Shown piece by piece: positions 27,838 through 37,999 of a DNA stretch of 64,000 bases. Made by a program: the position numbers and the translations under genes. The stretch covers positions 33,241 to 97,240 of the forward strand of contig CAJXDK010000002.1 in NCBI GenBank assembly GCA_913052265.1. Reading direction: 5' to 3'. The notes below the pieces were generated by a model. It saw nothing but the letters and a program-made list of their open reading frames with translations, did not search any database and had not been told where the DNA came from. Source of the stretch: an uncultured Gammaproteobacteria bacterium (GTDB taxonomy: Bacteria; Pseudomonadota; Gammaproteobacteria; Pseudomonadales; Azotimanducaceae). Positions within the stretch are counted from its first letter, which is position 1. Every line of letters begins with the position of its first letter.

Positions 27838-28617
27838 ATGTTGGTTCACGTTGTAATTCCGGCGCGATATGCCTCCACCCGATTGCCAGGAAAGCCTTTG
27901 GCGGATATCGCTGGGCGGCCAATGGTTGTGCGCGTCGCAGAGAGAGCGACCGCGTCAATCGCCGATGATGTCATGGTGGCTGTGGATGACCTGAAGGTTG
28001 CGCACGCGGTGCAGGCTGCCGGGTTTGAGGCGGTCAGCACCGACGAGGCGCATTCGTCGGGCTCGGATAGGAGCATGGAAGTTGCCCGCATAAAAGAATG
28101 GGCAGATGAAGATATTGTCGTGAATGTTCAAGGAGACGAGCCGTTGATTCCCGTTGCCATTATCGATCGTTTGATCGATAGCATGCGCAGCGCCCGCGAT
28201 CTGCAGATGGCAACCGTTGCTGAGCCTCTCGAAACGTTAGCCGACTTTTTGGATCCAAATGTGGTTAAGGTGGTAACGGATGATCGGGCCTGTGCGATGT
28301 ATTTTTCCAGAGCGAGCATTCCCTATCCTCGCGACGCGCAGAAAAATATGACCGAGCGGGCGTGGCTTGAATTTTCGCAGGATAAAAAAATACGGCGTCA
28401 TGTCGGTATTTACGCTTTCCGAGTCAGCGGCCTACGCCGATTTGTTGAACTGGGTCCGAGCTCATTGGAGCAAGTGGAAATGTTGGAGCAGTTGCGCTGG
28501 CTGCAGGCAGGATACGAGTTGCTGGTTGTGGACGCGGATGAACGCGTTCCTGGCGGCGTTGATACGCCAGCCGACCTAGAGCGTGTAAGAGCGCTCTGGT
28601 CGGAGGCTGGAGGTTAG
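27838..28617 (+). CDS. kdsB: 3-deoxy-manno-octulosonate cytidylyltransferase
   Basis: VIPARYASTRLPGKPLADI, VNVQGDEP, YFSRA.IP, RHVGIYA, LEQLRWL, GVDTP.DL. Confidence 0.95.
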   Translation: MLVHVVIPARYASTRLPGKPLADIAGRPMVVRVAERATASIADDVMVAVDDLKVAHAVQAAGFEAVSTDEAHSSGSDRSMEVARIKEWADEDIVVNVQGDEPLIPVAIIDRLIDSMRSARDLQMATVAEPLETLADFLDPNVVKVVTDDRACAMYFSRASIPYPRDAQKNMTERAWLEFSQDKKIRRHVGIYAFRVSGLRRFVELGPSSLEQVEMLEQLRWLQAGYELLVVDADERVPGGVDTPADLERVRALWSEAGG

Positions 28618-28623
28618 CGAGGA

Positions 28624-29391
28624 CTATTTAGGCGCCATGCGGATTCCGCCGTCAAGGCGTATGGTTTCGCCATTCAGATAGGCGTTTTCAACGATTTGTT
28701 TGCTCAAGGACGCGAATTCAGGTGGCAAACCAAGTCGCTTCGGATATTGAACCATTTCGATCAACGGATCCCGTACCTGATCAGGTGCGCCGGCCATCAT
28801 GGGCGTATTGAAAATGCCTGGCGCAATGGTGCAAATACGTACACCTTGACGCGATAAATCGCGTGCGATTGGCAGCGTCATACCTGCGACGCCGGCCTTG
28901 CTGGCGGAATAGGCTGCTTGGCCGATCTGGCCGTCGAAGGCGGCAACCGATGCGGTATTTATGACGACTCCGCGCTCTAATGCCTCGCCCTCTGGCTCGT
29001 TCATTTGCATGATTGCCGCGCACTTACTTAACACCGAGAAGGTGCCAATAAGATTAACCTGAATGATGAAATTAAACTTAGCGATGTCCAGCGCGCCCTC
29101 GCGTCCGACAGTGCGCGCCGCCGCGCCAATGCCCGCGCAGTTGACGTTGATATGAATCGCGCCGTGATCCGCGTGAATTTTTTCTATGGCTGCGGTGACT
29201 GACGCTTCGTCGGTGACGTTGACCTGATAGGCCGACGCATTACCAATTTCTTCGGCCGTTGCGTTTGCTAGGTCCTCGTTAAGGTCAAGGATTGCAACCT
29301 TGCCGCCATGGGCAACGATCATTTCCGCGGTTGCTCGACCCAAGCCGGATGCGCCGCCAGTGATGACCGCCAGTTTTCCTTCAATGTTCAA
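28624..29391 (-). CDS. Short-chain dehydrogenase, 3-hydroxyacyl-CoA dehydrogenase type-2-like
   Basis: [61 protein letters not shown]. Confidence 0.9.
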   Translation of the reverse strand: MNIEGKLAVITGGASGLGRATAEMIVAHGGKVAILDLNEDLANATAEEIGNASAYQVNVTDEASVTAAIEKIHADHGAIHINVNCAGIGAAARTVGREGALDIAKFNFIIQVNLIGTFSVLSKCAAIMQMNEPEGEALERGVVINTASVAAFDGQIGQAAYSASKAGVAGMTLPIARDLSRQGVRICTIAPGIFNTPMMAGAPDQVRDPLIEMVQYPKRLGLPPEFASLSKQIVENAYLNGETIRLDGGIRMAPK

Positions 29392-29454
29392 TGGTTTTCC
29401 CCGTTAGTTTCGTAGCGCAAGCTAGTATACATTACGACTATTGTTCTGCGGCTT

Positions 29455-29997
29455 TTGAGCGTGCTTTATAAGCGAGATTTTTTAACCTGCAAAGAAGCCG
29501 ATGACTGGCTGCGCTGGCTCTGTGAGGCAGGTAACGTATCATGGCGCCAAGAATCATTCCGTATTTTTGGCCGCGATGTTATGGCCCCGCGGCGCTTGGC
29601 TTGGTGCGGGGATCGAGGTCTCAATTATCGCTATACCGGTATCGACCACCCAGCGGAGGGTTGGCCGAGCGAGTTGGCAGCTCTGCGCGAGCGTATCCAG
29701 ACATTCGCCTCTCAACAATTTAATTTTTTACTGCTCAACCGCTATGCCGATGGTCGGGATTACATGGGTTGGCATCGCGATGACGAAGTGGGTTGCGCGG
29801 GGAATATCGCCTCTCTAAGCCTGGGCGCGCGTCGGAGGTTTCGTTTCGAATCCGAGTCGAGTGGCTCGCGCCAGCACATAGATCTTGAGCACGGTTCTTT
29901 ATTGCTTTTCGACGGTCGCCAAAAACATTGCCTTGCAAAAACCGCCCGTCCTACTCGGGAGCGTATAAACCTCACATTTAGGTTGCTGAATCTGTAA
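29455..29997 (+). CDS. 2OG-Fe(II) dioxygenase, AlkB family (ALKBH2/3-like)
   Basis: PRRLAW.GD, N.Y.DG.D.MGWHRDDE (HxD), IASLSLG, distal His, RINLTFR. Confidence 0.88.
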   Translation: MSVLYKRDFLTCKEADDWLRWLCEAGNVSWRQESFRIFGRDVMAPRRLAWCGDRGLNYRYTGIDHPAEGWPSELAALRERIQTFASQQFNFLLLNRYADGRDYMGWHRDDEVGCAGNIASLSLGARRRFRFESESSGSRQHIDLEHGSLLLFDGRQKHCLAKTARPTRERINLTFRLLNL

Positions 29998-30986
29998 TGA
30001 ACCTCATAAGAAATATGGCGCTGCCGAACACTATGGGGCTAGAAAGTTTTGCGGAATTTGGCTGTGTTCTTAAATGCAGTAACGATGTTGTGATGGCGCA
30101 GCAGCTCGCTCGCGAACGTAATTTACCTTTTCGCGTCATAGGCGCAGGTTCAAATATTTTGCCTATGCCAACGGTTAGCGGTGTTGTGGGTGTCATGGCA
30201 ATCGAAAGGCTTCGCGTCGTTCGGAAGTACGCTGCTGAGCTCCAGCTAGAGGTAGGTGCGGGCCAAAACTGGCACGAATTGGTGCTTCACTGCACAGAGC
30301 GGGGCTGGTCTGGAATTGAGAACTTAGCCTTAATTCCGGGTACCGTAGGCGCTGCGCCAGTACAGAATATTGGCGCCTATGGCGTTGAACTTGGCGATGT
30401 CGTTGATGCGGTACAGGTGATCGACGCAGCCGGCAAAGTGTTTTGGTTGTCTCGAGATGAGTGTGCTTTCGCGTATCGTCGCAGTCGTTTTCAGCATAGC
30501 CCCGAAGAGATCATTATCGCTGTGCGGCTCAACCTTTCCACAGCATTGCAGGTGAATATCGACTACCCGGATCTAGCCGATTATCTGCAAGGGCATGCGG
30601 ATTTGACTCCGCAGCAGATCGCAGCTGCGGTGATTGCTATTCGGTCGGCGAAATTGCCTGACCCCAGGGTATTTCCCAACGTCGGAAGTTTCTTTAAAAA
30701 TCCAATCATTCAAGAATCACAAATAGCGTATTTCGAAGAGCTGGGCCTGACGGTTTTCCATACGCAAGCCGGTGCCAAACTTTCAGCCGCACAACTTATT
30801 GACAAGTGTGGCTGGAAAGAGCAACAGATTGGAGATGTTCGATGTTGGCCTAAACAACCGCTAGTGCTGGTAAATCATGGCGCTAGAGAGGCAGCGCACA
30901 TCTTTGAGTTTGCCTCTGATGTGCGCGCCAGCGTCGCGAAGGCTTTTGCTGTCCAGCTCGAAACAGAACCGTCGATATTGTCTTAA
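29997..30986 (+). CDS. murB: UDP-N-acetylmuramate dehydrogenase
   Basis: [60 protein letters not shown]. Confidence 0.95.
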   Translation: MNLIRNMALPNTMGLESFAEFGCVLKCSNDVVMAQQLARERNLPFRVIGAGSNILPMPTVSGVVGVMAIERLRVVRKYAAELQLEVGAGQNWHELVLHCTERGWSGIENLALIPGTVGAAPVQNIGAYGVELGDVVDAVQVIDAAGKVFWLSRDECAFAYRRSRFQHSPEEIIIAVRLNLSTALQVNIDYPDLADYLQGHADLTPQQIAAAVIAIRSAKLPDPRVFPNVGSFFKNPIIQESQIAYFEELGLTVFHTQAGAKLSAAQLIDKCGWKEQQIGDVRCWPKQPLVLVNHGAREAAHIFEFASDVRASVAKAFAVQLETEPSILS

Positions 30987-33697
30987 TCGCTACCGTTTTG
31001 ATCTTGGTTGGGTACTTTTACCCCTTGGGATCGAAGCTCGGCCTCGCGTTCGCGACGACGAACTTCTCGCGGATCGTTCGCAGCGCGTATCGTTTTCTCG
31101 GGGTTTTCAGATCGGCCGCTTTTCTCCGCGGCACCGTCCGGAGCGGCATCTGCTGCTGCGGGGGGAGCTTGGTCGCCTTCAATCTGCCCGGTGTTGGCGG
31201 CAGCTTTGGGTGTATCTTCTGAGGTTAACAGATCCGCATGGTCGCTGGCCTCTGGCTCGATTGCGGCGTCTTTTTCATCCGTTGTAGATTTGATCGATGA
31301 GGACTCCGGTGACTGTTGCGTCGGTTCTTCGATCGCCGTATCTACGGCAGCAACTGAGATCTCTGTTTTTGGGGCTGCCGTTTGTTGTGACGCTGCGGCA
31401 TCATCGCTATTCAGTGCAGCTGGCTGGCTGGGCGTTGCCGCCACTTCATCGCCCCGATTTCTTGGGTCGTTGCCGGCTCTAACAGGCGATGTGGTCGATA
31501 TATTGGGCATACCAGCGGCCTCACTTGGCACTGGAGCTGAGTCTGCAACGTCTGCGTTAGCTGCGCTTTCGGCTGGCTTGGCGTCGGTCTCAACGTCGGC
31601 CTGAGTCTGAACGGATGGCGCTTGCTCGCGTCGCGGAGCGCTGCGATCTCGTTTTGGTTGACGCTTGCTTTTCGCTAGGTCTTCGGCACTGGGTTGTCGT
31701 TCGTCCGCTGATGCGGCAATAAATTCCTCTTGCTGTTCCGGTCGCGTCGACCTGTTCCTGCCGCGACTCTTGGCCTCGCTGCGTTCCGGCGTCCCGGTAT
31801 TTTGTTTACCAGGACCCTTTCGATCTTCGTGAGCCTGTTTAATCTTAGGCTTCTGGTCACGCTCTTGGTTGTCGCCACGACTTTGTTCCGAGCGATTGTT
31901 GTTACGTTCACGCTTATGATTGTTTTCCCCGCGGCCATTGCCGTCATCGCGGCGTCTGCGCGAGTTACGCGTGGTGTTCGAACGGGTTGATTTTTTTTGT
32001 TCGCGACTTTTTTTGTTGTCTGGCTCGGTTACCTCATCTGAGAACAAACTTTTAAAAATCTTGCTTAGAAGCCCCGGCTGTTTATCTGTTTTCGGCGCCG
32101 GCATAGGTGCAGTTTCAGGTCGTTCGATCTGTGCTTTTACCGCGGCCTGCGGGTGCTGTGGCAGCGAAGTCTCTTCGGGTATTTCCTGCGCTGCAGCCTG
32201 ATTTGCCAGCTCTGAGAGCTTATAGCTGGGAACCTCACCTTCCTCTTCTACGTGGTCGTCGCGTAGTCGTTCAACCAAGTAATGTGGAGTCTGTAAGTTA
32301 GAATTCGGAATGATGACGATATGCGTGCTGCTGTGTTTCTCAATCTCTGCAAGGTCGCTGCGTTTCTCGTTAAGTAGGAACGCGCCGATAGCGAGGGGTA
32401 CTTGCACGCGAATCACCGCGCTGCGCTCTTTTAGCGACTCCTCCTCCATAACCCGCAGGATCGCTAATGCCAGAGAGCGGGTGTCGCGAATTCGGCCTTG
32501 GCCGTTGCACCGTGGGCACAGTTCCGTGCTGATTTCTTCAAGCGAGGGGCGCAGACGTTGCCGGCTCATTTCCATTAAGCCAAAGCGCGAAATGCGTCCG
32601 GTTTGGATGCGTGCTCGATCTGCCTCTAAAGCATTGCGCATCCGGTTTTCGACTGCGCGCTGGTTTTTGCTGTTCATCATATCGATGAAATCGATAACGA
32701 CCAGGCCACCTATGTCTCTGATTTTTAGCTGTCGAGCGATTTCATCCGCGGCCTCTAAATTAGTATTAAGTGCCGTTTCTTCGATATCGGAGCCCTTGGT
32801 TGCGCGTGCGGAGTTGATGTCAATCGACACCAAAGCCTCGGTGGGGTCAATAACTATGCTACCGCCCGATGGGAGCTTAACCGTATGCTCATAGGCCGTT
32901 TCAATCTGACTCTCGATTTGATAACGACTGAATAGCGGAATAGGGTCATCGTAAGCCTTAACTTTGTCAGAGTAGTTAGGCATCACTTGAGCAATAAATG
33001 CCGAAGCCTCTTCGAACGCTGATTCGCCTTCGATCAGGACTTCGCCAATATCCGGGCGCAAATTGTCCCTAACGGCGCGGAGTACCGCACTGTTTTCTTG
33101 GTAGAGCAGCGATGGCGTCTGCTCGGTCGCCGCCGCCGTGTTTATCGCTTGCCAGAGTTGCAGTAAGTATGACAAATCCCAGTTTAGTTCTTCACTGCTT
33201 CTACCGACTCCGGCGGTGCGCACAATGACACCCATCCCCTCTGGAATTTCTAGTTGCGCCATCGCCTCTCTTAATTCGTCACGGTCGTCACCTTCAATGC
33301 GCCGGGATATGCCTCCAGCCCTCGGGTTGTTTGGCATCAAAACCATGTATCTACCGGCCAGACTCAGATAGGAGGTAAGCGCTGCGCCTTTGTTGCCGCG
33401 CTCCTCTTTTTCTACCTGCACAATTATTTCGGTCCCTTCGCGAATTCCATCCCCACCTTTCTGCTGGTATTCGCGAGCTATTTCTTTCAGTGGCAAGAAG
33501 CCGTGACGTTCGGCTCCAAAGTCAACGAATGCAGCTTCTAAGCTTTGCTCGACACGAGTGATTTTCGCTTTATAGATGCTGGACTTTTTTTGCTCTCTCG
33601 AGCGGTTTTCTATGTCTAAGTCATAGAGTTTTTGTCCATCGACCAGCGCTATCCGAACTTCTTCTGGCTGACGCGCATTGATTAGCATTCTTTTCAT
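30983..33697 (-). CDS. rne: Ribonuclease E
   Basis: [44 protein letters not shown] Zn link, membrane-targeting helix [12 protein letters not shown], disordered C-terminal scaffold. Confidence 0.97.
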   Translation of the reverse strand: MKRMLINARQPEEVRIALVDGQKLYDLDIENRSREQKKSSIYKAKITRVEQSLEAAFVDFGAERHGFLPLKEIAREYQQKGGDGIREGTEIIVQVEKEERGNKGAALTSYLSLAGRYMVLMPNNPRAGGISRRIEGDDRDELREAMAQLEIPEGMGVIVRTAGVGRSSEELNWDLSYLLQLWQAINTAAATEQTPSLLYQENSAVLRAVRDNLRPDIGEVLIEGESAFEEASAFIAQVMPNYSDKVKAYDDPIPLFSRYQIESQIETAYEHTVKLPSGGSIVIDPTEALVSIDINSARATKGSDIEETALNTNLEAADEIARQLKIRDIGGLVVIDFIDMMNSKNQRAVENRMRNALEADRARIQTGRISRFGLMEMSRQRLRPSLEEISTELCPRCNGQGRIRDTRSLALAILRVMEEESLKERSAVIRVQVPLAIGAFLLNEKRSDLAEIEKHSSTHIVIIPNSNLQTPHYLVERLRDDHVEEEGEVPSYKLSELANQAAAQEIPEETSLPQHPQAAVKAQIERPETAPMPAPKTDKQPGLLSKIFKSLFSDEVTEPDNKKSREQKKSTRSNTTRNSRRRRDDGNGRGENNHKRERNNNRSEQSRGDNQERDQKPKIKQAHEDRKGPGKQNTGTPERSEAKSRGRNRSTRPEQQEEFIAASADERQPSAEDLAKSKRQPKRDRSAPRREQAPSVQTQADVETDAKPAESAANADVADSAPVPSEAAGMPNISTTSPVRAGNDPRNRGDEVAATPSQPAALNSDDAAASQQTAAPKTEISVAAVDTAIEEPTQQSPESSSIKSTTDEKDAAIEPEASDHADLLTSEDTPKAAANTGQIEGDQAPPAAADAAPDGAAEKSGRSENPEKTIRAANDPREVRRREREAELRSQGVKVPNQDQNGSD

Positions 33698-34417
33698 AAT
33701 GTACTCCGTCCAATGCACTGACGCGCATCGGTTTTGTTTACGAAGTAGATATGAAAGGCTCCGCCTGGTCGTAGCATTCACAGCCCAAGGACAAATCATT
33801 ATCCTTGACCGAAAAGAAAGCCTATTGATTCGACAATAAACTTTTATGTTTTGCCCAGCGCTTTTGGCACCAGTACAAGCTAGGCCTAGACACAAAGTTT
33901 CGTTACAAACCTCACGCTATACGCTTAGCGATTTAACAAATTCTTTTTTCTACGGCGGATTAGATCCGCGACCAAAAAGAGGGCAGGCAACAGGGCTAGT
34001 GGGAGCAGCTAACGCTTGCGCCCCAACGGCGGTCTAGAAACAGACCACGTCTTCTAAATTGTCCTTTTATGCTCTTACGCCGTCATCCATATGCGTCCAA
34101 TCACGTTTAGACCGGCACGCACCATTAGCGGTTTCTCTGTTACGCTACTTCGCTATTAATCTTTACCCGGCACACTTGGTGCCGCATTACTCGTTGAAAC
34201 ACGGGTCATCGACACCGCCGCTTCCTATTAACCTGATTTTGCCTAGAAAGTTAGAATTTACGCCCTAACTGCTACAATAGCGCCAGCGCCTTCGAGGATC
34301 TCTTGCAGACAAATTGCACTGGGTCCTCATGACGCCGTTCTAGCGAAAACGCGCGAAGTCTAACAGTGATTGCTAACTCCTTCAAACAATTAAATTTTTT
34401 TGCTCGGGTGTAGAACG
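33698..34417 (-). promoter_or_regulatory. Long rne leader / divergent rne-rluC promoter region
   Basis: 720 bp without a credible CDS. rne genes of gammaproteobacteria have long autoregulatory 5' UTRs. Boundaries not determined. Confidence 0.5.
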
Positions 34418-35317
34418 ATGCCGGTAGAGTACGTAGACATCAGTGACGCCGAGGATGTCGGGCAGCGCATTGATAACTTCCTTATGCGCTCGCTAAAAGG
34501 GTTGCCCAGACAACGCTTCTACAAAATATTGCGCTCTGGTGAGGTGCGCGTTAACGGTGGCAGGATAAAGCCTAGTTACCGCTTGCAACTTGGTGATCGT
34601 ATTCGCATACCGCCAGTGACTGTGAAGGCCGAGGTGCCTGTGCAAATGGCAGACGCTACGATAGCAATTCTCGAAGCGGCGATCCTCTACGAAGACGAGG
34701 ATCTGATCGCTTTGAATAAGCCCTCTGGTTTTGCGGTGCACGGAGGCAGTTCTATTGCTAACGGGGTCGTCGAATTGTTTCGCGTGCTTAGGCAAGCCCC
34801 GAGATTGGAGCTTGCACATCGCATAGATCGTGATACCTCAGGGTGTTTGTTGTTGTGTAAACGGCGCTCGATACTGACAGAGGTGCAAGCCGCGTTCAGA
34901 GAGCGCAGGGTGAAAAAGAAATACGAACTATATGTCTCGGGGCAATGGCCAAAGTCGACCCGAACCGTTTCGTTACGGTTACAGCGATACGCAACGGCCT
35001 CGGGGGAGCGGCGCGTACGGACTTCCTCCTCCGGCCAACTGGCACGGACGGATTTTGCGATCGCAGAACAAAAGCAGAGCGCAACGCACCTTTCTGCGAC
35101 ACTGCATACGGGGCGCACGCATCAGATTCGCGTGCATGCGCAATCGCAGCAGCATCCGATTTTAGGCGATGCCAAGTACGCCAATTCCAGTTCGTTTGCA
35201 GCTCCCCGTCTGTGCCTGCATGCAAGTCGTCTTGTGGTGCCGCTGGGCAGTGATCGGTTCGATTTTCAAGCCCCAATTGCGGATGATATGACTTCGTTTT
35301 GGAGCTCGCTCAGTTAA
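34418..35317 (+). CDS. rluC: 23S rRNA pseudouridine(955/2504/2580) synthase
   Basis: GQRIDNFL, S4 domain GEVRVNG, NKPSGFAVHGGS, HRIDRDTSG, TGRTHQIRVH. Divergent from rne. Confidence 0.93.
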   Translation: MPVEYVDISDAEDVGQRIDNFLMRSLKGLPRQRFYKILRSGEVRVNGGRIKPSYRLQLGDRIRIPPVTVKAEVPVQMADATIAILEAAILYEDEDLIALNKPSGFAVHGGSSIANGVVELFRVLRQAPRLELAHRIDRDTSGCLLLCKRRSILTEVQAAFRERRVKKKYELYVSGQWPKSTRTVSLRLQRYATASGERRVRTSSSGQLARTDFAIAEQKQSATHLSATLHTGRTHQIRVHAQSQQHPILGDAKYANSSSFAAPRLCLHASRLVVPLGSDRFDFQAPIADDMTSFWSSLS

Positions 35318-35321
35318 CCGT

Positions 35322-35918
35322 TCAAGTCGCTCCAAGGCGAATCCCTAGATCTTTCAAACGAGAGGTCAATTGAATCAGTGATATGCCCTCCAGCGCGCTG
35401 GGATCCGAGGTTGCAACTTCGCTAAACAGAGTGATACCTAAAGATTCAATTTTAAACGACCCCGCGCAATCGATCGGCTGCTCGGTTGCGACATAGTCGG
35501 CTATTTCGAGAGTGGTCAAAGGGCGCAGTTTTAGCCGAGTTGTATCCAGATCATGGCTGATCCTCTGAACCTCAGCGTTTTCAGTAACGATCATTGTCAT
35601 CGCGGTATAGAAGAAGGCCTCCTGGCCGCTCATCCGAGTCAGCTGGTGTTTGGCCATTTCTAAGTTGCCAGGTTTATGTAAAAGCATTCCGTTGCAGCTC
35701 CCCGATTGGTCGCACCCTATGATCACTGAATTCGGGTGGGCAGCAACTAAGCTCTGGGCTTTCTCGCGAGCGAGGCGCGAGGCGAGTTCGGCTGCGTTCT
35801 CTTGTGAATCCGGGGTTTCGTCTATCGCGGCAGGGTGCTGCGTGAATTTTAAGCCGATACGTCGCAACGATGCGGCTCGATACTTTGAGGCGGAAGCTAG
35901 GACGATTTGAGTCTTCAT
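35322..35918 (-). CDS. yceF: Maf-family nucleotide pyrophosphatase (YceF type)
   Basis: LASASKYR, IDETP, IIGCDQ, KPG, DCAGSFKIESLGI.LF. Confidence 0.88.
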   Translation of the reverse strand: MKTQIVLASASKYRAASLRRIGLKFTQHPAAIDETPDSQENAAELASRLAREKAQSLVAAHPNSVIIGCDQSGSCNGMLLHKPGNLEMAKHQLTRMSGQEAFFYTAMTMIVTENAEVQRISHDLDTTRLKLRPLTTLEIADYVATEQPIDCAGSFKIESLGITLFSEVATSDPSALEGISLIQLTSRLKDLGIRLGAT

Positions 35919-35929
35919 ATCACAGCCAC

Positions 35930-35958
35930 TTTACACAACGTTTTCAGATACCTATGAT
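35930..35958 (+). promoter_or_regulatory. Sigma70 promoter of yceD-rpmF with GC-rich discriminator
   Basis: TTTACA-N17-TATGAT followed by GGCGCCCGC. Confidence 0.7.
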
Positions 35959-35991
35959 GGCGCCCGCTTTGGGCTGGCTCGAAGGCATTCA

Positions 35992-36567
35992 TTGGCAGAC
36001 TCAAGTTACAGGGACCTCGGGCAAAAAAACAGCACGCTGACCCGAGTCGTAAGCCGGCAGCAACTGCCTCGTCTAGCGGAGGTTTGTGGGCTGGAAGACG
36101 ATGTCGATGTCGAAGCGAGTTTTCGTATCGACGATCGCGGTAGGGTTAACGTTTCTGTTCGGCTAGATGGGACGGTTAGTCTAGATTGTTATCGGTGTAA
36201 CGAAACTGTGGTGCAGCGATTGCAAATGGCCTTTGATGCTGTGGTGGCTTTCGACGAGACCCGGGCCAGCGAATGGGCTGCTTGGTCCGCAGCAAATGAC
36301 ATCGAGCTTGAGCACATCATCGTGGCCTCGAGTCAAACCCTTGATGTTGCGGAGTTGATTGAGGATGAACTCATGCTCGGTTTGCCGCTGCAGGTGCTTT
36401 GTGAAGAGGGGTGCACGACAGGCCGTGGAGCCCACGCTGAAGATGGACACGTGAGGGCTGCGTCGACGGACCGGCAGATGCCCTTTGAAGGGCTGCGTGA
36501 GTTAATCGCGGAGCGTGCGATCACAAATAGCGACGCAACGAGCAATAGAGATAAAGGTGGAAGTTAA
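35992..36567 (+). CDS. yceD: DUF177/YceD family protein
   Basis: L.CYRC, ELIEDELMLGLP..VLC, PF.GL. Conserved position between maf and rpmF. Confidence 0.8.
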   Translation: MADSSYRDLGQKNSTLTRVVSRQQLPRLAEVCGLEDDVDVEASFRIDDRGRVNVSVRLDGTVSLDCYRCNETVVQRLQMAFDAVVAFDETRASEWAAWSAANDIELEHIIVASSQTLDVAELIEDELMLGLPLQVLCEEGCTTGRGAHAEDGHVRAASTDRQMPFEGLRELIAERAITNSDATSNRDKGGS

Positions 36568-36640
36568 AGTATTCGTGGCTCCTGACGTTCGAATGCGATG
36601 GGTAAACAGATCAACCAGTAAATTTATAAGGTAAGCAATC

Positions 36641-36817
36641 ATGGCGGTTCAAAAAAGCAAGGTCACGCGTTCACGCAGGGGCCAGCGGCGTTCACACGAC
36701 GCGTTGGCAGCCCCGACATTGTCGGTGGAGCCTACTTCTGGCGAAACTCACCGACGTCACCATGTCAGTGCGGATGGGTTTTATCGCGGACGTCAGGTAA
36801 TGCCTGACAAAAAGTAG
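36641..36817 (+). CDS. rpmF: 50S ribosomal protein L32 (not in the ORF track)
   Basis: Translates as [58 protein letters not shown]. Confidence 0.97.
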   Translation: MAVQKSKVTRSRRGQRRSHDALAAPTLSVEPTSGETHRRHHVSADGFYRGRQVMPDKK

Positions 36818-37049
36818 ATTTTCGGGTGTCGTTTACGCCGACCGCCGCTTCTCCCAGTACGCGGCAGTCTATAGTGCCGCATTCTCGGCTTTGACCGTTT
36901 GATAACGATTCACGAACGTTACGTGAGGAGCGACCTTCGGTGCTGTAGGCGATTAAAGAAGGCTCATTACCCCTCCAGCGCTCTGCCTCAGCGCAGGGCT
37001 TCGCTAGATTACCAGTCTGACAAAAGCTCAACGGCTTGAGGAGCAGAAT

Positions 37050-37976
37050 ATGAATATAGCCGCTATATTTCCCGGTCAGGGTTCACAATCCGTTGGGATG
37101 CTCGCGGAAGTGGCGCAGCGCAGTCCTGTTGTTCGGGAGCGGTTTGCTGAAGCCTCTGACGCCTTGTCCTTCGATTTATGGCAGTTGACACAACAGGGCC
37201 CGGCCGAGATTTTAGGACAAACAGAAAATACTCAACCGGCTTTGCTGACAGCGAGCGTAGCGTTGTGGGAGGCGTTGCAAGCACTCCGCAGCGAACCGCT
37301 GCAGGTCGAAGCCATGGCAGGCCACAGCTTAGGCGAATATTCTGCGCTGGTATGCGCGGGTGCCATATCATTTGTGGACGGTGTTGGTTTGGTGCGCAAA
37401 CGGGGTGAACTGATGCAGCAAGCTGTACCCGGCGGTCAGGGTGGTATGGCGGCTGTTTTGGGCTTAGAGGACTCAAAAGTAAGGGCGTGTTGTGCAGCGG
37501 TGGAAGGGGTTGTAACAGCGGCGAATTTTAACGCGCCAGGTCAAGTGGTCATTGCAGGTGCAAAAGCGGCGGTAGACTTGGCGATCCAGGCCTGTAAGGA
37601 CGCCGGTGCTAAGCGCGCTGTAGCACTCGACGTCAGCGGGCCTTTCCATTCGCCGCTGATGGCCCCCGCTGCCGAGGAGTTTTCCAAGATATTAGATGCA
37701 ACCGCGGTGCAAATGCCGAGAATCACTGTGGTGCAGAATGTTGAGGCAAAGCCTGCGGGGAATGAGCATCAAATTCGTGCCAATTTGGTGGCGCAACTTT
37801 CGGCACCGGTCAGATGGACAGAAACTATTGAACGATTGGTCAACGATGGTGCTCAACAGTTTATAGAATCAGGCCCAGGCAATGTGCTCAGCGGCTTAGT
37901 CAAGCGTATAGCTCGCGGCACGCCTACAGTAGCGCTGTCATCGAACGAAGGTTTGGAAAGCGCGATTGGGTTATGA
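37050..37976 (+). CDS. fabD: Malonyl-CoA:ACP transacylase
   Basis: FPGQGSQ, TQPALL, GHSLGEYSAL, NFNAPGQVV, SGPFHS. Confidence 0.96.
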   Translation: MNIAAIFPGQGSQSVGMLAEVAQRSPVVRERFAEASDALSFDLWQLTQQGPAEILGQTENTQPALLTASVALWEALQALRSEPLQVEAMAGHSLGEYSALVCAGAISFVDGVGLVRKRGELMQQAVPGGQGGMAAVLGLEDSKVRACCAAVEGVVTAANFNAPGQVVIAGAKAAVDLAIQACKDAGAKRAVALDVSGPFHSPLMAPAAEEFSKILDATAVQMPRITVVQNVEAKPAGNEHQIRANLVAQLSAPVRWTETIERLVNDGAQQFIESGPGNVLSGLVKRIARGTPTVALSSNEGLESAIGL

Positions 37977-37999
37977 ACACGTAACAGCGAGGGTACGCA

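Noticed and set aside
31008-32894. Long plus-strand ORFs (198 aa and 194 aa) antisense to rne
   Set aside because: They are shadows of a conserved gene, with biased composition and no recognisable motifs or RBS.
33785-33803. Possible Fur box (AATCATTATC) in the rne leader
   Set aside because: Only one half-site matches (about 11/19 overall).
36765-37031. 88-aa minus-strand ORF as a plsX remnant or new small gene
   Set aside because: Wrong strand for plsX, overlaps rpmF antisense, and shows no similarity by eye.
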